A stretch of 64,000 nucleotides of DNA. Source: an uncultured Actinomycetes bacterium (GTDB taxonomy: Bacteria > Actinomycetota > UBA4738 > JBBDTT01). The translations under genes and the position numbers were made by a program. Below are positions 1-9,932 of this stretch, one piece after another (positions within the stretch are counted from its first letter, which is position 1; each line of letters starts with the position of its first letter). A model generated the notes under the pieces. That model had not been told where the DNA came from and searched no databases. It saw nothing but the letters and a program-made list of their open reading frames with translations. The stretch is from contig CAVUMN010000001.1 of NCBI GenBank assembly GCA_963742735.1, forward strand, positions 227,571 through 291,570, read 5' to 3'.

Positions 1-295
1 ACGCCTCGAATTCCGTGCCCTGCACGTAGGCGGGCGCGTCGGCGACCGGGGAGGTGTATGGGTACCCGTACGAGTCGCCGAACAGGCCCTGGACCATGCC
101 CGAGCCCAGGCGAAACAGCCCGAAGAGGGCAATGAACACGCCCACGAAGGTCACGGCGAGCAGATAGATCAGGTACGGGCGATCGCTACGGTGATCGGCG
201 CCCCGGCTTCCGAGAGCGATCAGGAGCAGGAACCCCACCGCCAGCAGGACGACGGAGAACAGATCGAAGGTTCCGAAAAAGAGCTGTGCGACCAC
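1..295 (-). CDS. Hypothetical membrane protein, partial (runs off the window start)
   Basis: GTG at 295 after AGGAGG. Manual translation MVAQLFFGTFDLFSVVLLAVGFLLLIALG...YLIYLLAVTFVGVFIALFGLF shows two hydrophobic segments and is open to the edge. Confidence 0.7.
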   Translation of the reverse strand, partial: MVAQLFFGTFDLFSVVLLAVGFLLLIALGSRGADHRSDRPYLIYLLAVTFVGVFIALFGLFRLGSGMVQGLFGDSYGYPYTSPVADAPAYVQGTEFEA

Positions 296-330
296 GTGAG
301 GCCTCCTGGCGTCGGCGGGCAGCCCGGACG

Positions 331-1548
331 CTAGACCGTGGAGCCGGGCCCGGGCAAGGCCCCGGAGGCAAGCATCCGCTCGGTGCCCGGGGTCAGGCGG
401 CCCCAGTCCTCCCAGACCGGGTCGTAGCCGAGCTCCCGCAGTCGCGCGGCGACCTCGGCCGGCGAGCGGAGGTCGGCAACCTCGAACTGCTCCGTCGCCT
501 CGTCGGGGTGCTCGTAGCCGCCCGGCTCGGTGTGGGAGCCGGCGCTCGTGTGGGTGATCCCCAGGCGGAACAGCCCGTCGCGGAACTCGGCCTGCTCGCG
601 GCTGGACAGGACCAGGCCGGCGTCGGGCATCGACAGCCGCATCGCGCACACCAGCTGGGTGAGCTCGGCGTCGGAGAGCAGCACCCTCGGCTGGTAGCCC
701 GCCGCGCTCGGCCGCATCCGCGGAACGCTCACGGTGACCTGGGTCCGCCAGTACCGCTTCATCAGGAACCGGGCGTGCGCGGCCGTGGCGATGGCCTCGT
801 ACCGCCAGTCGTCGTGCAACCCGAACAGCGCGCCGATCCCCACCCGGCGCATCCCGGCCCGCGCCGCCCGCTCCGGCCCGGTCAGACGCCACTCGAAGTG
901 ACGCTTCCGCCCGGCCAGGTGGACCTTCGCGTAGGTGCCCGGGTGGTAGGTCTCCTGGTAGATCACGACGGCCTCGCACCCGGCAACCTCGAGCCGGCGG
1001 TACTCCTCCTCGCTCCACACCTGGACCTCGATGGCGAGCGCGGGGACCTCCTCGGACAGCGCGCGGATCTTCTCCTCCAGGAACTCGACGCCGGTCAAGC
1101 GCTCGTGCTCGCCGGTCAGGAGCAGGATCGACCGGAACCCCTGGCGCAGGAGATGTCGGGCCTCCTCCATGGTCTCCTCGGTCGACAGCGTCTTGCGGGC
1201 GATCGAGAGCTCGCGCGCGAAGCCGCAGTACGTGCACGAGGTCAGGCACTCGTTCGAGAGATAGAGCGGCGCGTACATGTGCATGGTCCGGCCGAACCGC
1301 GCGACGGTCAGCCGGTGCGACGCGGCGGCCATCGACTCCAGCCGCTCGCCGGCGGCCGGCGAGAGCAGCGCCGCGAAGTCGTGCAGGGTTCGCTCCAGGG
1401 GCGCGGTGGACATCGCCCGGTCCACCTGGGGGCCCGACGCGCCCTCGGCGAGCCCCAGCAGGTCGTCGAACGGAAGGGCGGCCAGCGCCTCGGCGAACGT
1501 GACCGACGGGAGCGGGTCGGTGAAGCCGTTCCCCCGGTGGTCGGTCAC
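331..1548 (-). CDS. thiH: 2-iminoacetate synthase (radical SAM tyrosine lyase)
   Basis: [19 protein letters not shown] (CxxxCxxC), [16 protein letters not shown] and EQFEVAD motifs; coupled to thiG. Confidence 0.93.
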   Translation of the reverse strand: MTDHRGNGFTDPLPSVTFAEALAALPFDDLLGLAEGASGPQVDRAMSTAPLERTLHDFAALLSPAAGERLESMAAASHRLTVARFGRTMHMYAPLYLSNECLTSCTYCGFARELSIARKTLSTEETMEEARHLLRQGFRSILLLTGEHERLTGVEFLEEKIRALSEEVPALAIEVQVWSEEEYRRLEVAGCEAVVIYQETYHPGTYAKVHLAGRKRHFEWRLTGPERAARAGMRRVGIGALFGLHDDWRYEAIATAAHARFLMKRYWRTQVTVSVPRMRPSAAGYQPRVLLSDAELTQLVCAMRLSMPDAGLVLSSREQAEFRDGLFRLGITHTSAGSHTEPGGYEHPDEATEQFEVADLRSPAEVAARLRELGYDPVWEDWGRLTPGTERMLASGALPGPGSTV

Positions 1549-2366
1549 GGGTCCGTCACGGCCGCGTCGGCCTGCGAGGTGATCAGCTTGTCGAGGAAGC
1601 CCGTCAGCGGGCTCGACGCCTCCGCCTCGTCGCGCTCGGGCGGACGGCCGGCGGCGAACGCCATTCTCCCGGCCTCCACGCCGAGCCGGAACGCCCGGGC
1701 CATCTCGGCGGGGTCACGGGCCACGGCCACGGCGGTGTTCACCAGCACCGCGTCCACGCCCATCTCCATCGCCTCCGACGCGTGCGAGGGGGCGCCCAGC
1801 CCGGCGTCGACGACCACCGGGACCGTTGCCTGCTCGACGATGATCCGCACGGCGTCGCGGGTGCGGACGCCCTGGTTCGAGCCGATCCAGGACCCCAGCG
1901 GCATCACGGTCGCGCACCCCGCCTCCTCGAGCCGCTTGGCCAGGACCGGGTCGGCGTTGATGTAGGGCAGGACCGTGAAGCCGTCCTTGACCAGCTCCTC
2001 GGCGGCGCGGAGCGTCTCCACCGGGTCGGGCAGCAGGTAGCGCGGCTCGGGGGTGATCTCCAGCTTCACCCACTCGGGCATGCCGGCCGCGCGAGCCAGG
2101 CGGGCCAGCCGGACGGCCTCGTCGGCGTCGACCGCGCCCGAGGTGTTGGGCAGGAGCAGCACCCGGTCGGCGTCGATGAACTCCAGGATGTCGGGTCCAC
2201 CCGTCGACTCGAGGTCCACGCGGCGCAGGGCGACCGTCACCATCTGGGTTCCGCTGGCCTCGATCGCCTCGCGCATCACGGGAAACGAGCCGAACTTGCC
2301 GGTGCCCAGGATCAGCCGCGACGCGAAGCTGCGCCCGCCGATGACGAGGGGATCCTCGATGCTCAC
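1545..2366 (-). CDS. thiG: Thiazole synthase
   Basis: [43 protein letters not shown] and AEASSP motifs. Confidence 0.97.
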   Translation of the reverse strand: MSIEDPLVIGGRSFASRLILGTGKFGSFPVMREAIEASGTQMVTVALRRVDLESTGGPDILEFIDADRVLLLPNTSGAVDADEAVRLARLARAAGMPEWVKLEITPEPRYLLPDPVETLRAAEELVKDGFTVLPYINADPVLAKRLEEAGCATVMPLGSWIGSNQGVRTRDAVRIIVEQATVPVVVDAGLGAPSHASEAMEMGVDAVLVNTAVAVARDPAEMARAFRLGVEAGRMAFAAGRPPERDEAEASSPLTGFLDKLITSQADAAVTDP

Positions 2367-2367
2367 G

Positions 2368-2460
2368 CTTCCTCCGCCGGCATTACCCGGATCAGGTTCG
2401 GTTCGGGTCGCCGGCGCGTGTCGGCCGGCCTCTCAGCCCGGTTGTCCCGAGCTCCCCGGT
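2368..2460 (-). ncRNA. TPP (THI-box) riboswitch
   Basis: Minus strand reads GGGGAGC...GGCTGAGAGG...GACCCGAACCGAACCTGATCCGGGTAATGCCGGCGGAGGAAG, the canonical TPP aptamer elements, directly upstream of thiG. Confidence 0.93.
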
Positions 2461-3272
2461 GTTCGCATCGAGTATAGGTCGGCCGCCACGCGCCGTTCCC
2501 GGGCCCACTTCTTCCAGTCCGAGCGCTTCGTCGACCACACCAGGTCGGTGACGATCTGGAGGATCCCGAATGCGAGAACCGCCACGAGCGACCACGCGGG
2601 GAACACGTCCAGGAACTCGTAGCGCAGGTAGACGAACAGCCCCCAGGCGCCCACCGCGAAGGGCGCGAGCTTCGAGGCGACCGCGCCCGCCGCGTGCATC
2701 CTCGCCCTGCGCCGAGGGTCGGCTCTCAGATAGCTGGCGTAGTCGGTCTTGATCCCCGGTTGGATCCGGAACGGCCCGTTCAGGAAGTAGGCCCGGAAGC
2801 GTATGCCGCCCAGGCGGCCCACCGCCCAGTGCGCCAGATCATGGAACGTCACCGACAACCCGGCCGCAGCCACGACCAGCGCTACCCCCGCCCAGCCCAC
2901 GTGGAACCGGCCCACGCGGATCCGGGGATCGCCGGGCTGCCACCCGTCGATCAGGTTGATGATCTCGATGCCGAGGCTCGACACCCACAGGACCAACCCC
3001 TTCAGCGCGACGGTTCCGGCGATCAGGAGCAGGTTGCCGAAGCCGATCGAGAACCGCACGCGGTGCTTGGCCTCGAAGGCGAGGCGGTCGATCTCGCCGA
3101 TCTCGTCGGCGAGGGCCTCGATGAGCGCGGGATCGCGCTTGACCCTCGAGACGATCGGCCAGAACCCGAGCGCGCGGAGATCTGAGTCCTCGGCCTCGAC
3201 CCGGGCCCGGATCCGGGCCAGGTCCTCACGAAGCTTCGACGCGTCGCTCCCGTGCGCAGGCATGAGCCCCAC
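2433..3272 (-). CDS. Membrane protein, M50/site-2 peptidase-like with an HDxxH variant motif
   Basis: Several TM segments, TFHDLAHWAVGRLGG and HAAGAVAS. Start uncertain. Confidence 0.6.
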   Translation of the reverse strand: MGLMPAHGSDASKLREDLARIRARVEAEDSDLRALGFWPIVSRVKRDPALIEALADEIGEIDRLAFEAKHRVRFSIGFGNLLLIAGTVALKGLVLWVSSLGIEIINLIDGWQPGDPRIRVGRFHVGWAGVALVVAAAGLSVTFHDLAHWAVGRLGGIRFRAYFLNGPFRIQPGIKTDYASYLRADPRRRARMHAAGAVASKLAPFAVGAWGLFVYLRYEFLDVFPAWSLVAVLAFGILQIVTDLVWSTKRSDWKKWARERRVAADLYSMRTPGSSGQPG

Positions 3273-3277
3273 CTACA

Positions 3278-5140
3278 ATGAGTTCGGCCGCTCCCCCAGC
3301 GGAAACGCACGCCGTGATCGAAACCACCGTCGACGGTCGCTATCAGATCATCGCCCGGATCGCCTCAGGCGGTATGGGCGAGGTTTACCGTGCCCACGAC
3401 GCGGTCCTGGACCGCGAGGTCGCGCTCAAGGTGCTCCACACGAACCTGGCGGGCGACCCGGGCTTCATCGAGCGTTTCCGCAAGGAGGCGCGCGCGGCGG
3501 CCATGCTCGGGCACTCCAACATCGTGGCCGTGCACGACTGGGGCAACACGAACGGCACCTACTTCATGGTCATGGAGTTCGTCCGCGGGCACAGCCTGCG
3601 CTCGGTCCTGGCCCGGGCCGGCCGGCTGGCGCCCTCCCAGACCGCGGAGATCGCCGTCCAGGTCCTGGCGGCGCTCGACCATGCGCACAACCGGGGCATC
3701 GTCCACCGCGACATCAAGCCCGAGAACATCCTGATGACCCTCGACGGCGTGGTGAAGGTGGCCGACTTCGGCCTGGCCCGGGCCCTGGCCGAGTCCGCGA
3801 TCACCCACGCCCCCGGGACGGTCACGGGCACCGTCCAGTACCTCGCCCCCGAGCAGGTCTCGGGCGACCCCGCGGACCCCCGCACCGACCTGTACTCCCT
3901 CGGCATCGTCATGTACGAGCTGCTCACCGGCAGGGTCCCGTTCACCGGCGAGACGTCGGTGGCGATCGCCTACAAGCACCTGTCGTCCCGGGTCCCGGCG
4001 CCCTCGCGGTCGAACGCGATCGTCCCGCCCGCGATGGACCGCATCGTCGGCACCGCCACCGAGAAGGAGCGCGAGCGCCGGCCCCCCAACGCCGCGACGA
4101 TGCGGCGCGAGATCGTCACGGCCATGTCCGGCCTGCCCCCCGCCCGCTCCCTGACCGAGCTGGCGCGGGAGATCCCTCCCTCGGACGTGGTGCCCGATGA
4201 CCGCGCACCCACGGTCACCATCCCCCGGACGCTGGCCCCTCGCCAGCGACGGAAGCGGACCCTGCGGGCGTTCGTCACGGCCATCGCCCTGGTGATGGCC
4301 CTGGTCGCGGCGGCGTGGGCCACGTGGACCTACGCGATCCCCCACAACCGAGAGGTCCCCAGGCTCGTGGGCCTGACCCAGAGCCAGGCCGAGGCCGAGC
4401 TCGACAAGCTCGGCCTGAAGGCCGGCTACAACGATCCCCAGTACTCGTCGGAGGTCCCCGCCGGACGGATCCTCAGCCAGAGCGTGGCGGAGGAGGAGGT
4501 CATCCAGGCCGGCGACACGGTGACCCTCACCCTGTCGCTCGGGCCCGAGTTCCGGGCGGTGCCCAACCTCACCGGCCGGCCGCTGGCTGCCGCGAAGTCC
4601 GCCCTCAAGAACGCGGGCTTCAAGGTCGGCTCGACCAAGCCGGTCTTCCACGAGACGATCGCCGCGGGCCGCGTCGTACGGACCGAGCCCGGCGCCGGCA
4701 GCCAGTACGAGGTCGGCTCCTCGGTCATCCTGGTCGTCAGCCAGGGCCCGAAGCCCGTCCCCGTGCCCAACGTCGTCGGCGACCCGCGCAGCGAGGCCGA
4801 GTCGAAGATCCTCACCGCCGGGCTGGTGCCGAACGTCGTCGAGGAGTTCAGCGGCGAGGTCGACAAGGGCATCGTCATCCGCACCGATCCCGAGGCCGGC
4901 ACGGCCCTGGCGCGCGGCGACCAGGTAACGATCGTCGTCTCGAGCGGGCCCCGCAGGTTCGACATGCCGGACGTCCGAGGCAAGGACGTCGACGAGGCCC
5001 AGGCCCAGCTCGAGGCACTGGGACTGCACGTTCGCCGCGTCCCGATCCCCGGCGCGGCGGAGGGCAAGGTCGTCGGCCAGGACCCCGAGCCCGGCCAGAC
5101 CGTGGAACAGGGCGACACGGTCACGCTGTATCACGGCTAG
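3278..5140 (+). CDS. Stk1/PknB-family Ser/Thr kinase with a TM helix and about four PASTA domains
   Basis: IASGGMGEVY, VALK, HRDIKPEN, DFG and APE motifs; TM helix; repeated VP/MP-xxxG PASTA units. Confidence 0.96.
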   Translation: MSSAAPPAETHAVIETTVDGRYQIIARIASGGMGEVYRAHDAVLDREVALKVLHTNLAGDPGFIERFRKEARAAAMLGHSNIVAVHDWGNTNGTYFMVMEFVRGHSLRSVLARAGRLAPSQTAEIAVQVLAALDHAHNRGIVHRDIKPENILMTLDGVVKVADFGLARALAESAITHAPGTVTGTVQYLAPEQVSGDPADPRTDLYSLGIVMYELLTGRVPFTGETSVAIAYKHLSSRVPAPSRSNAIVPPAMDRIVGTATEKERERRPPNAATMRREIVTAMSGLPPARSLTELAREIPPSDVVPDDRAPTVTIPRTLAPRQRRKRTLRAFVTAIALVMALVAAAWATWTYAIPHNREVPRLVGLTQSQAEAELDKLGLKAGYNDPQYSSEVPAGRILSQSVAEEEVIQAGDTVTLTLSLGPEFRAVPNLTGRPLAAAKSALKNAGFKVGSTKPVFHETIAAGRVVRTEPGAGSQYEVGSSVILVVSQGPKPVPVPNVVGDPRSEAESKILTAGLVPNVVEEFSGEVDKGIVIRTDPEAGTALARGDQVTIVVSSGPRRFDMPDVRGKDVDEAQAQLEALGLHVRRVPIPGAAEGKVVGQDPEPGQTVEQGDTVTLYHG

Positions 5141-5153
5141 CCTCCGCGAACGC

Positions 5154-5999
5154 ATGCGGATCGGCGCGCACGTCTTCACCCCGCGCGGCCCGGTGTCCGG
5201 GATCGAGAACGCCCTCGAGGTCCGCGCCGAGGCCATCCAGTTCTTCGCCTCGAATCCGCGTGCGTGGGCCTCGCGGGTCATCCCTCCCGCGACCGCCGCC
5301 GAGTTCCGGGCGCGGATGGCGGCGGAGGGCGTCGGCCCGCTGTACATCCACGTGACCTATCTGGTGAACGTCGCCTCGCCGAAGGAGGAGTTCCGGGCGA
5401 AGAGCGTGGCCGCGGCGATCGCGGACCTCGAAGCGGCCGAGGCCTTGGGCGCGGCCGGCCTCGTCGTGCACTCCGGGTCCGCGGGCGCCGGCACCCCGCG
5501 ACCCGAGGCCGTGGCCCGGTCCACCGAGTCGATCCTCGAGATCGCCGGGCACGCCCGGGATGCCGAGGTCCTGATCGAGCTCACCGCCGGAACGGCCGGG
5601 TCCGTCGCCGCCACGATCCCCGAGGCGGCGGAGCTCTTCGCGTCGATCGGCGAACATCCCCGGGTGGCGCTCTGCCTCGACACCTGTCACCTGTTCGCTG
5701 CGGGCTACGCACTGGACGAACCGGAGGGCGTTCGAGCCTGCTTCGGGGAGGTGCGGGACCTGGGACTGGAGCCGAAGCTCCGGCTCATCCACGCCAACGA
5801 CGCGGCGTTCCCGCGCGGCTCCAGGCGGGACCGCCACACGAACATCGGGACGGGGGGGATCGGCGAGACCGGGTTCCGCGACGTCCTGGCCGAGCCGTCG
5901 GTCCGGGCGTCCAGCGTCCTGGTGGAGACCCCCGGGCGCCGGGACGACCACCGTCGCGACGTGGAGACCCTCAGTCGACTGGCCGAGGAGGTCGCGTGA
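5154..5999 (+). CDS. nfo: Endonuclease IV (AP endonuclease family 2)
   Basis: MRIGAH, HVTYLVN, VVHSGS, CLDTCHLFAAGY, IHAND, DRHTNIG and VETP motifs. Confidence 0.92.
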   Translation: MRIGAHVFTPRGPVSGIENALEVRAEAIQFFASNPRAWASRVIPPATAAEFRARMAAEGVGPLYIHVTYLVNVASPKEEFRAKSVAAAIADLEAAEALGAAGLVVHSGSAGAGTPRPEAVARSTESILEIAGHARDAEVLIELTAGTAGSVAATIPEAAELFASIGEHPRVALCLDTCHLFAAGYALDEPEGVRACFGEVRDLGLEPKLRLIHANDAAFPRGSRRDRHTNIGTGGIGETGFRDVLAEPSVRASSVLVETPGRRDDHRRDVETLSRLAEEVA

Positions 6000-6880
6000 G
6001 CGTCGAGGCTCCCGAACGTCATCGCGGGCTGGAGCTCGCCCTCGTCGGCGTCGCGCTCGTCTGGGGGGCGACCTTCCCGGTGGTCAAGGACGCCGTCGAG
6101 ATCATCCCGCCGTTCCAGTTCCTCGCGGTGCGGTTCGGGATCGCCGCCGCGCTCCTGACCCTGGCGTTCGGAAGGGGCCTGCGCGGGTTCGGGTGGAAGC
6201 AGCTCGCCGCCGGGACCGCGGCGGGCACCGCGCTGTTCGCCGGCTACGTCTTCCAGACGATCGGACTGCAGTACACGACCGCCTCGAACGCCGGATTCAT
6301 CACCGGGCTGTTCGTGGTGTTCACGCCGATCCTCACCGCGCTCCTGCTCCGGCGGCTGCCGTCGCGCGGGGCGACCATGGGCGTGGTCGTCGCGACCGCG
6401 GGCCTGGCGCTCCTGTCGTTCACCGACCGCGGGTTCCGCTTCGGGTACGGCGACGTGCTGGTGCTGGGGTGCGCGCTCTCGTTCGCCGTCCACATCGTGA
6501 TCCTCGGGCGGTTCGCCCCCGATCTCGCCTCGGGCCCGCTCACGACGATCCAGCTGTGGGTCACCGCGGCGTTCAGCGCCTGGGCCAGCCTGTGGATCGA
6601 GACGCCGGTCGACATCCACGGCGGCGACGTGTGGCTCCCGATCCTGCTCACCGCCATCTACGCGTCGGCGATCGGGTTCTTCATCCAGACCCGGGCCCAG
6701 GCGGTGGTCCCGCCCACGCGCACCGCGCTGATCCTCGTGTCCGAGCCGGCGTTCGCCGGGCTGTTCGGCTTCCTGCTGCTGGGCGAGGTCCTCACCGCGA
6801 TCGGCTGGATCGGCGCCGCCCTCATCCTGGCCGGCATGGTCGTCGCCGAGCTGGCCCCCGCGAAGGCCGGCGAGGGCTAG
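5996..6880 (+). CDS. EamA/DMT family transporter
   Basis: GTG overlaps the nfo stop; about 10 TM segments; VWGATF, GLQYTTASNAGFITG and SEPAFA motifs. Confidence 0.9.
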   Translation: MSVEAPERHRGLELALVGVALVWGATFPVVKDAVEIIPPFQFLAVRFGIAAALLTLAFGRGLRGFGWKQLAAGTAAGTALFAGYVFQTIGLQYTTASNAGFITGLFVVFTPILTALLLRRLPSRGATMGVVVATAGLALLSFTDRGFRFGYGDVLVLGCALSFAVHIVILGRFAPDLASGPLTTIQLWVTAAFSAWASLWIETPVDIHGGDVWLPILLTAIYASAIGFFIQTRAQAVVPPTRTALILVSEPAFAGLFGFLLLGEVLTAIGWIGAALILAGMVVAELAPAKAGEG

Positions 6881-6935
6881 CCGGGCGGGTCCCGCCTCGC
6901 TACGATCAGCGCCCGCCGATCCGGAGGCGCCCCAG

Positions 6936-7961
6936 ATGAACCCACAGGTCCCCCCGCCCGAGTCCGTCACCTCCACGGGTCCCCGGTACCTGGGCCGGCG
7001 TCATCTCCTGGTCGAGGTCGGCGACGAGGTCCAGCTTCGGGACCGGCTTCGGCCCGACGATGAGCCGCTCGCCACCTTCTCGGCTACGCCGGACGGATGG
7101 GCCAGCGCGCTTGCCAACCTCCGCAGGATCGACGGACCGGTGCTCGATTCGCGCTCCGGCAGAACCACGAGCCGCCATGTGGCTCGCCCGGAGGACGGCC
7201 GCCGGCGACGGCTGGCGATCGCGTTCGGGGTGATCGTGGTCCTGCTGGTGGCGAGCGTCCCCCTGGCGAGACGGCTCATCGATTCGGGCTCCACGGCGAC
7301 ACGACCTCGGATCCTTCGGAGCGAGGTCATCGGTCAGGTCCAGGGCTCCACCATGCTCGTCCTGGCCTACAAGGAAACGGTGACGGCGGAGGGGCTCCTG
7401 CAGGAGTGGCACGTCGGCAGCGGTTGGGTCTACGACGTGTCCCGGGGGCTCATCGTCACCAACGCCCACGTGGTCCGGGACGGGACGGAATTCCAGGCCG
7501 GGCCATCCGCGAACCTGGAAGCCGCCACGCGAGAGGCCATGGCGTATTGCGGCGAGCTGGACCTGGCCATCCTCCGCGTGGGCACGATCAGCCTCCCGGC
7601 CCTGGGGATGGCGCCCGACGATTCCGCACGGCCCGGCGACCTGGTCTACGCCGCCGGCTATCCGCCGAGTCGCGTGAGCAACCCCGGGGCGAGAACCCTC
7701 AGATCGATCCCGCTGAGCTGGAGCGACGGGAAGATCGAGTCGCGCCCCGACGACGGCATCGGTGAGTACCTCTTCCACTCGGCGGAGCTGGACAACGGGA
7801 ACTCGGGCGGCCCGCTCGTGAACACCTCCGGACAGCTCGTGGGGATGAACACGGCCACCACTCGGGTCACGGGGGTAGGCGTCGCCATCCCCGTCGACGT
7901 CCTGCGCGAGACCATCCCGAGGATGCTCGCGGGCGACGACGTCTGCGCCCAGCAGGGCTAG
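6936..7961 (+). CDS. Membrane-anchored trypsin-like (S1C/HtrA-type) serine protease without PDZ
   Basis: TM helix, then GSGW, TNAHVV, DLAIL and GNSGGP triad motifs. Confidence 0.85.
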   Translation: MNPQVPPPESVTSTGPRYLGRRHLLVEVGDEVQLRDRLRPDDEPLATFSATPDGWASALANLRRIDGPVLDSRSGRTTSRHVARPEDGRRRRLAIAFGVIVVLLVASVPLARRLIDSGSTATRPRILRSEVIGQVQGSTMLVLAYKETVTAEGLLQEWHVGSGWVYDVSRGLIVTNAHVVRDGTEFQAGPSANLEAATREAMAYCGELDLAILRVGTISLPALGMAPDDSARPGDLVYAAGYPPSRVSNPGARTLRSIPLSWSDGKIESRPDDGIGEYLFHSAELDNGNSGGPLVNTSGQLVGMNTATTRVTGVGVAIPVDVLRETIPRMLAGDDVCAQQG

Positions 7962-8977
7962 CCGGCCAGGGAGCGCCAGGCGGCCACGGCGGCGTCGACG
8001 CCGGCGTCGTCCACGTCGAGGTGGGTGACGAGCCTGAGCCTTCCGGCGACGACGTTCGTCAACACGTCGGCGTCCAGCAGACGCTCGCGGGCCTCGTACG
8101 GCCCGAGGCCGACCGGCTCGGTGTCCACGAACAGGATGTTGGTCTCGACGTCCGCGGGGTCGACCGCCCCCGGGGTGGCTTCGGCGATCCCCTCGGCCAG
8201 GCGGCGGGCGCGCTCGTGGTCCTCGTGGAGGCGCTTCGGACCCTCCTCGAGCGCCACGAGCCCGGCGGCGGCGATGACGCCGGCCTGCCGCCACGCCCCG
8301 CCGAACAGCATCTTCGTTCGACGGGCCTCCTCGACGAACCCCGCTGACCCGCACACCATCGAACCGATCGGCGCGCCGAGTCCCTTCGACAGGCAGAACA
8401 TCAGCGAGTCGGCCTCGGCCGCGAACTCCGGCACGGGCACTCCGGACGCGACGCCGGCGTTGAAGATCCGCGCACCGTCCAGGTGCACCGGCAGGCCCGC
8501 GTCGGCGGCGACCTTGTGGATGCCCCGGGCGTCGTCGAGGGACATCACGGTCCCCCCGCTGATCTGGTGGGTGTTCTCGATCGACACGAGCCCGACCACG
8601 CCGAACGGGTCGGGCACGATCGCCTCCGCGACCGCCTCGGGCGTGAGCCGTCCCCGCTCGGTGGGAATCGGCTTGTAGGAGATCCCCGAGAGCGTCGCCG
8701 CCGAGTTCAGCTCAACGGTGTTCACGTGGCTGAACTGCTCGCACACCACGCGCTGGCCGTTGCGGGTGAACACGTGGTGGGCGATGCGGTTGGCCATCGA
8801 GCCCGTGGCGACGTAGAGGGCGGCCTCCTTGCCGGTGGCCTCGGCGGCCCGCTCCTGGAGGCGATTGACCGTTGGATCGTCGCCGTACCAGTCGTCGCCG
8901 ACCTCGGCGGCGGACATCGCCCGGCGCATGGCCTCCGAGGGCTTTGTTACGGTGTCCGACCGCAGGTCGACGAGCAC
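7958..8977 (-). CDS. ltaE: Low-specificity L-threonine aldolase
   Basis: [26 protein letters not shown] and [12 protein letters not shown] motifs. Confidence 0.93.
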   Translation of the reverse strand: MLVDLRSDTVTKPSEAMRRAMSAAEVGDDWYGDDPTVNRLQERAAEATGKEAALYVATGSMANRIAHHVFTRNGQRVVCEQFSHVNTVELNSAATLSGISYKPIPTERGRLTPEAVAEAIVPDPFGVVGLVSIENTHQISGGTVMSLDDARGIHKVAADAGLPVHLDGARIFNAGVASGVPVPEFAAEADSLMFCLSKGLGAPIGSMVCGSAGFVEEARRTKMLFGGAWRQAGVIAAAGLVALEEGPKRLHEDHERARRLAEGIAEATPGAVDPADVETNILFVDTEPVGLGPYEARERLLDADVLTNVVAGRLRLVTHLDVDDAGVDAAVAAWRSLAG

Positions 8978-8990
8978 GGAGGAAGCCTAG

Positions 8991-9932
8991 ATGAGGTTCC
9001 TGATCGCGGGCACCGGCGGGGTGGGCGGCTACTACGGCGGACGCCTGCTCGCCGCCGGCCACGACGTCTGGTTCCTCGCCCGCGGCGCGAACCTGGAGGG
9101 CCTCCGCTCGAAGGGCCTCAGCGTCCACAGCGATTTCGGCGACGTCGCGTTCGAGCGCGTGAACGCGACCGACACCGCCGCCGACGCGGGCCCGGTCGAC
9201 GTCGTCGTCGTCTGCGTGAAGGTCTACGACAACGAGGCGGCCGCGGACGCCGTCGACGTCGCGGTCGGCCCGGACACCGCGATCGTGTCCCTGCAGAACG
9301 GCGTGGAGAACGAGGCCTTCCTCTCGGGGCGCTTCCCGCAGGCCGAGATCGTCGCCGGCATCTCCAGGATCGAGGCGTGGGTCGAGGAGCCCGGCGTCGT
9401 CTACCAGCGCGGCCCCCAGACGAACCTGACGATCGGCGCCCCGAACGGAGGGCCGTCGAAACGGGCGGAGGAGATCGCCGCGGCCTTCTCGGAGGCCGGG
9501 GTCCCCTGCGAGACCAGCGAGGACATGCCGACCGTCCTGTGGTTCAAGCTCCTGGGCATCTGCGGGTTCGGTGGCGTGAGCGCGTACTGCCGCTGTACGC
9601 TCGGCGAGATCCTCGCCGACACCGATCTCCGCGAGCTGATCGGCGGCTGCTGGCGCGAGTGCGGCGAGGTCGCCCGGGCACGCGGCATCGGCCTGCCCGA
9701 GGACGCCGTGGCGGCCATGCTCTCCTACGGTGAGAACGTGCTGAACCCCGAGTTCAAGTCCTCGATGTGCCGCGACGTCGAGCGCGGCAAGCCCCTCGAG
9801 GTGGAGTGGCTGAACGGGGCCGTGGTTCGGTTCGGCCGGGAGGCCGGCATCCCCACCCCCGCGAATCAGCGGGTCCTCGACGAGCTCCTCCCCCTGCATC
9901 AGGCGGCCATGGCCGCACGGGCCGCGTCGTGA
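8991..9932 (+). CDS. panE: 2-dehydropantoate 2-reductase (PanE/ApbA family)
   Basis: GTGGVGGYYG, SLQNGV and KSSMCRDVERGKPLEVEWLNG motifs. Confidence 0.88.
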   Translation: MRFLIAGTGGVGGYYGGRLLAAGHDVWFLARGANLEGLRSKGLSVHSDFGDVAFERVNATDTAADAGPVDVVVVCVKVYDNEAAADAVDVAVGPDTAIVSLQNGVENEAFLSGRFPQAEIVAGISRIEAWVEEPGVVYQRGPQTNLTIGAPNGGPSKRAEEIAAAFSEAGVPCETSEDMPTVLWFKLLGICGFGGVSAYCRCTLGEILADTDLRELIGGCWRECGEVARARGIGLPEDAVAAMLSYGENVLNPEFKSSMCRDVERGKPLEVEWLNGAVVRFGREAGIPTPANQRVLDELLPLHQAAMAARAAS

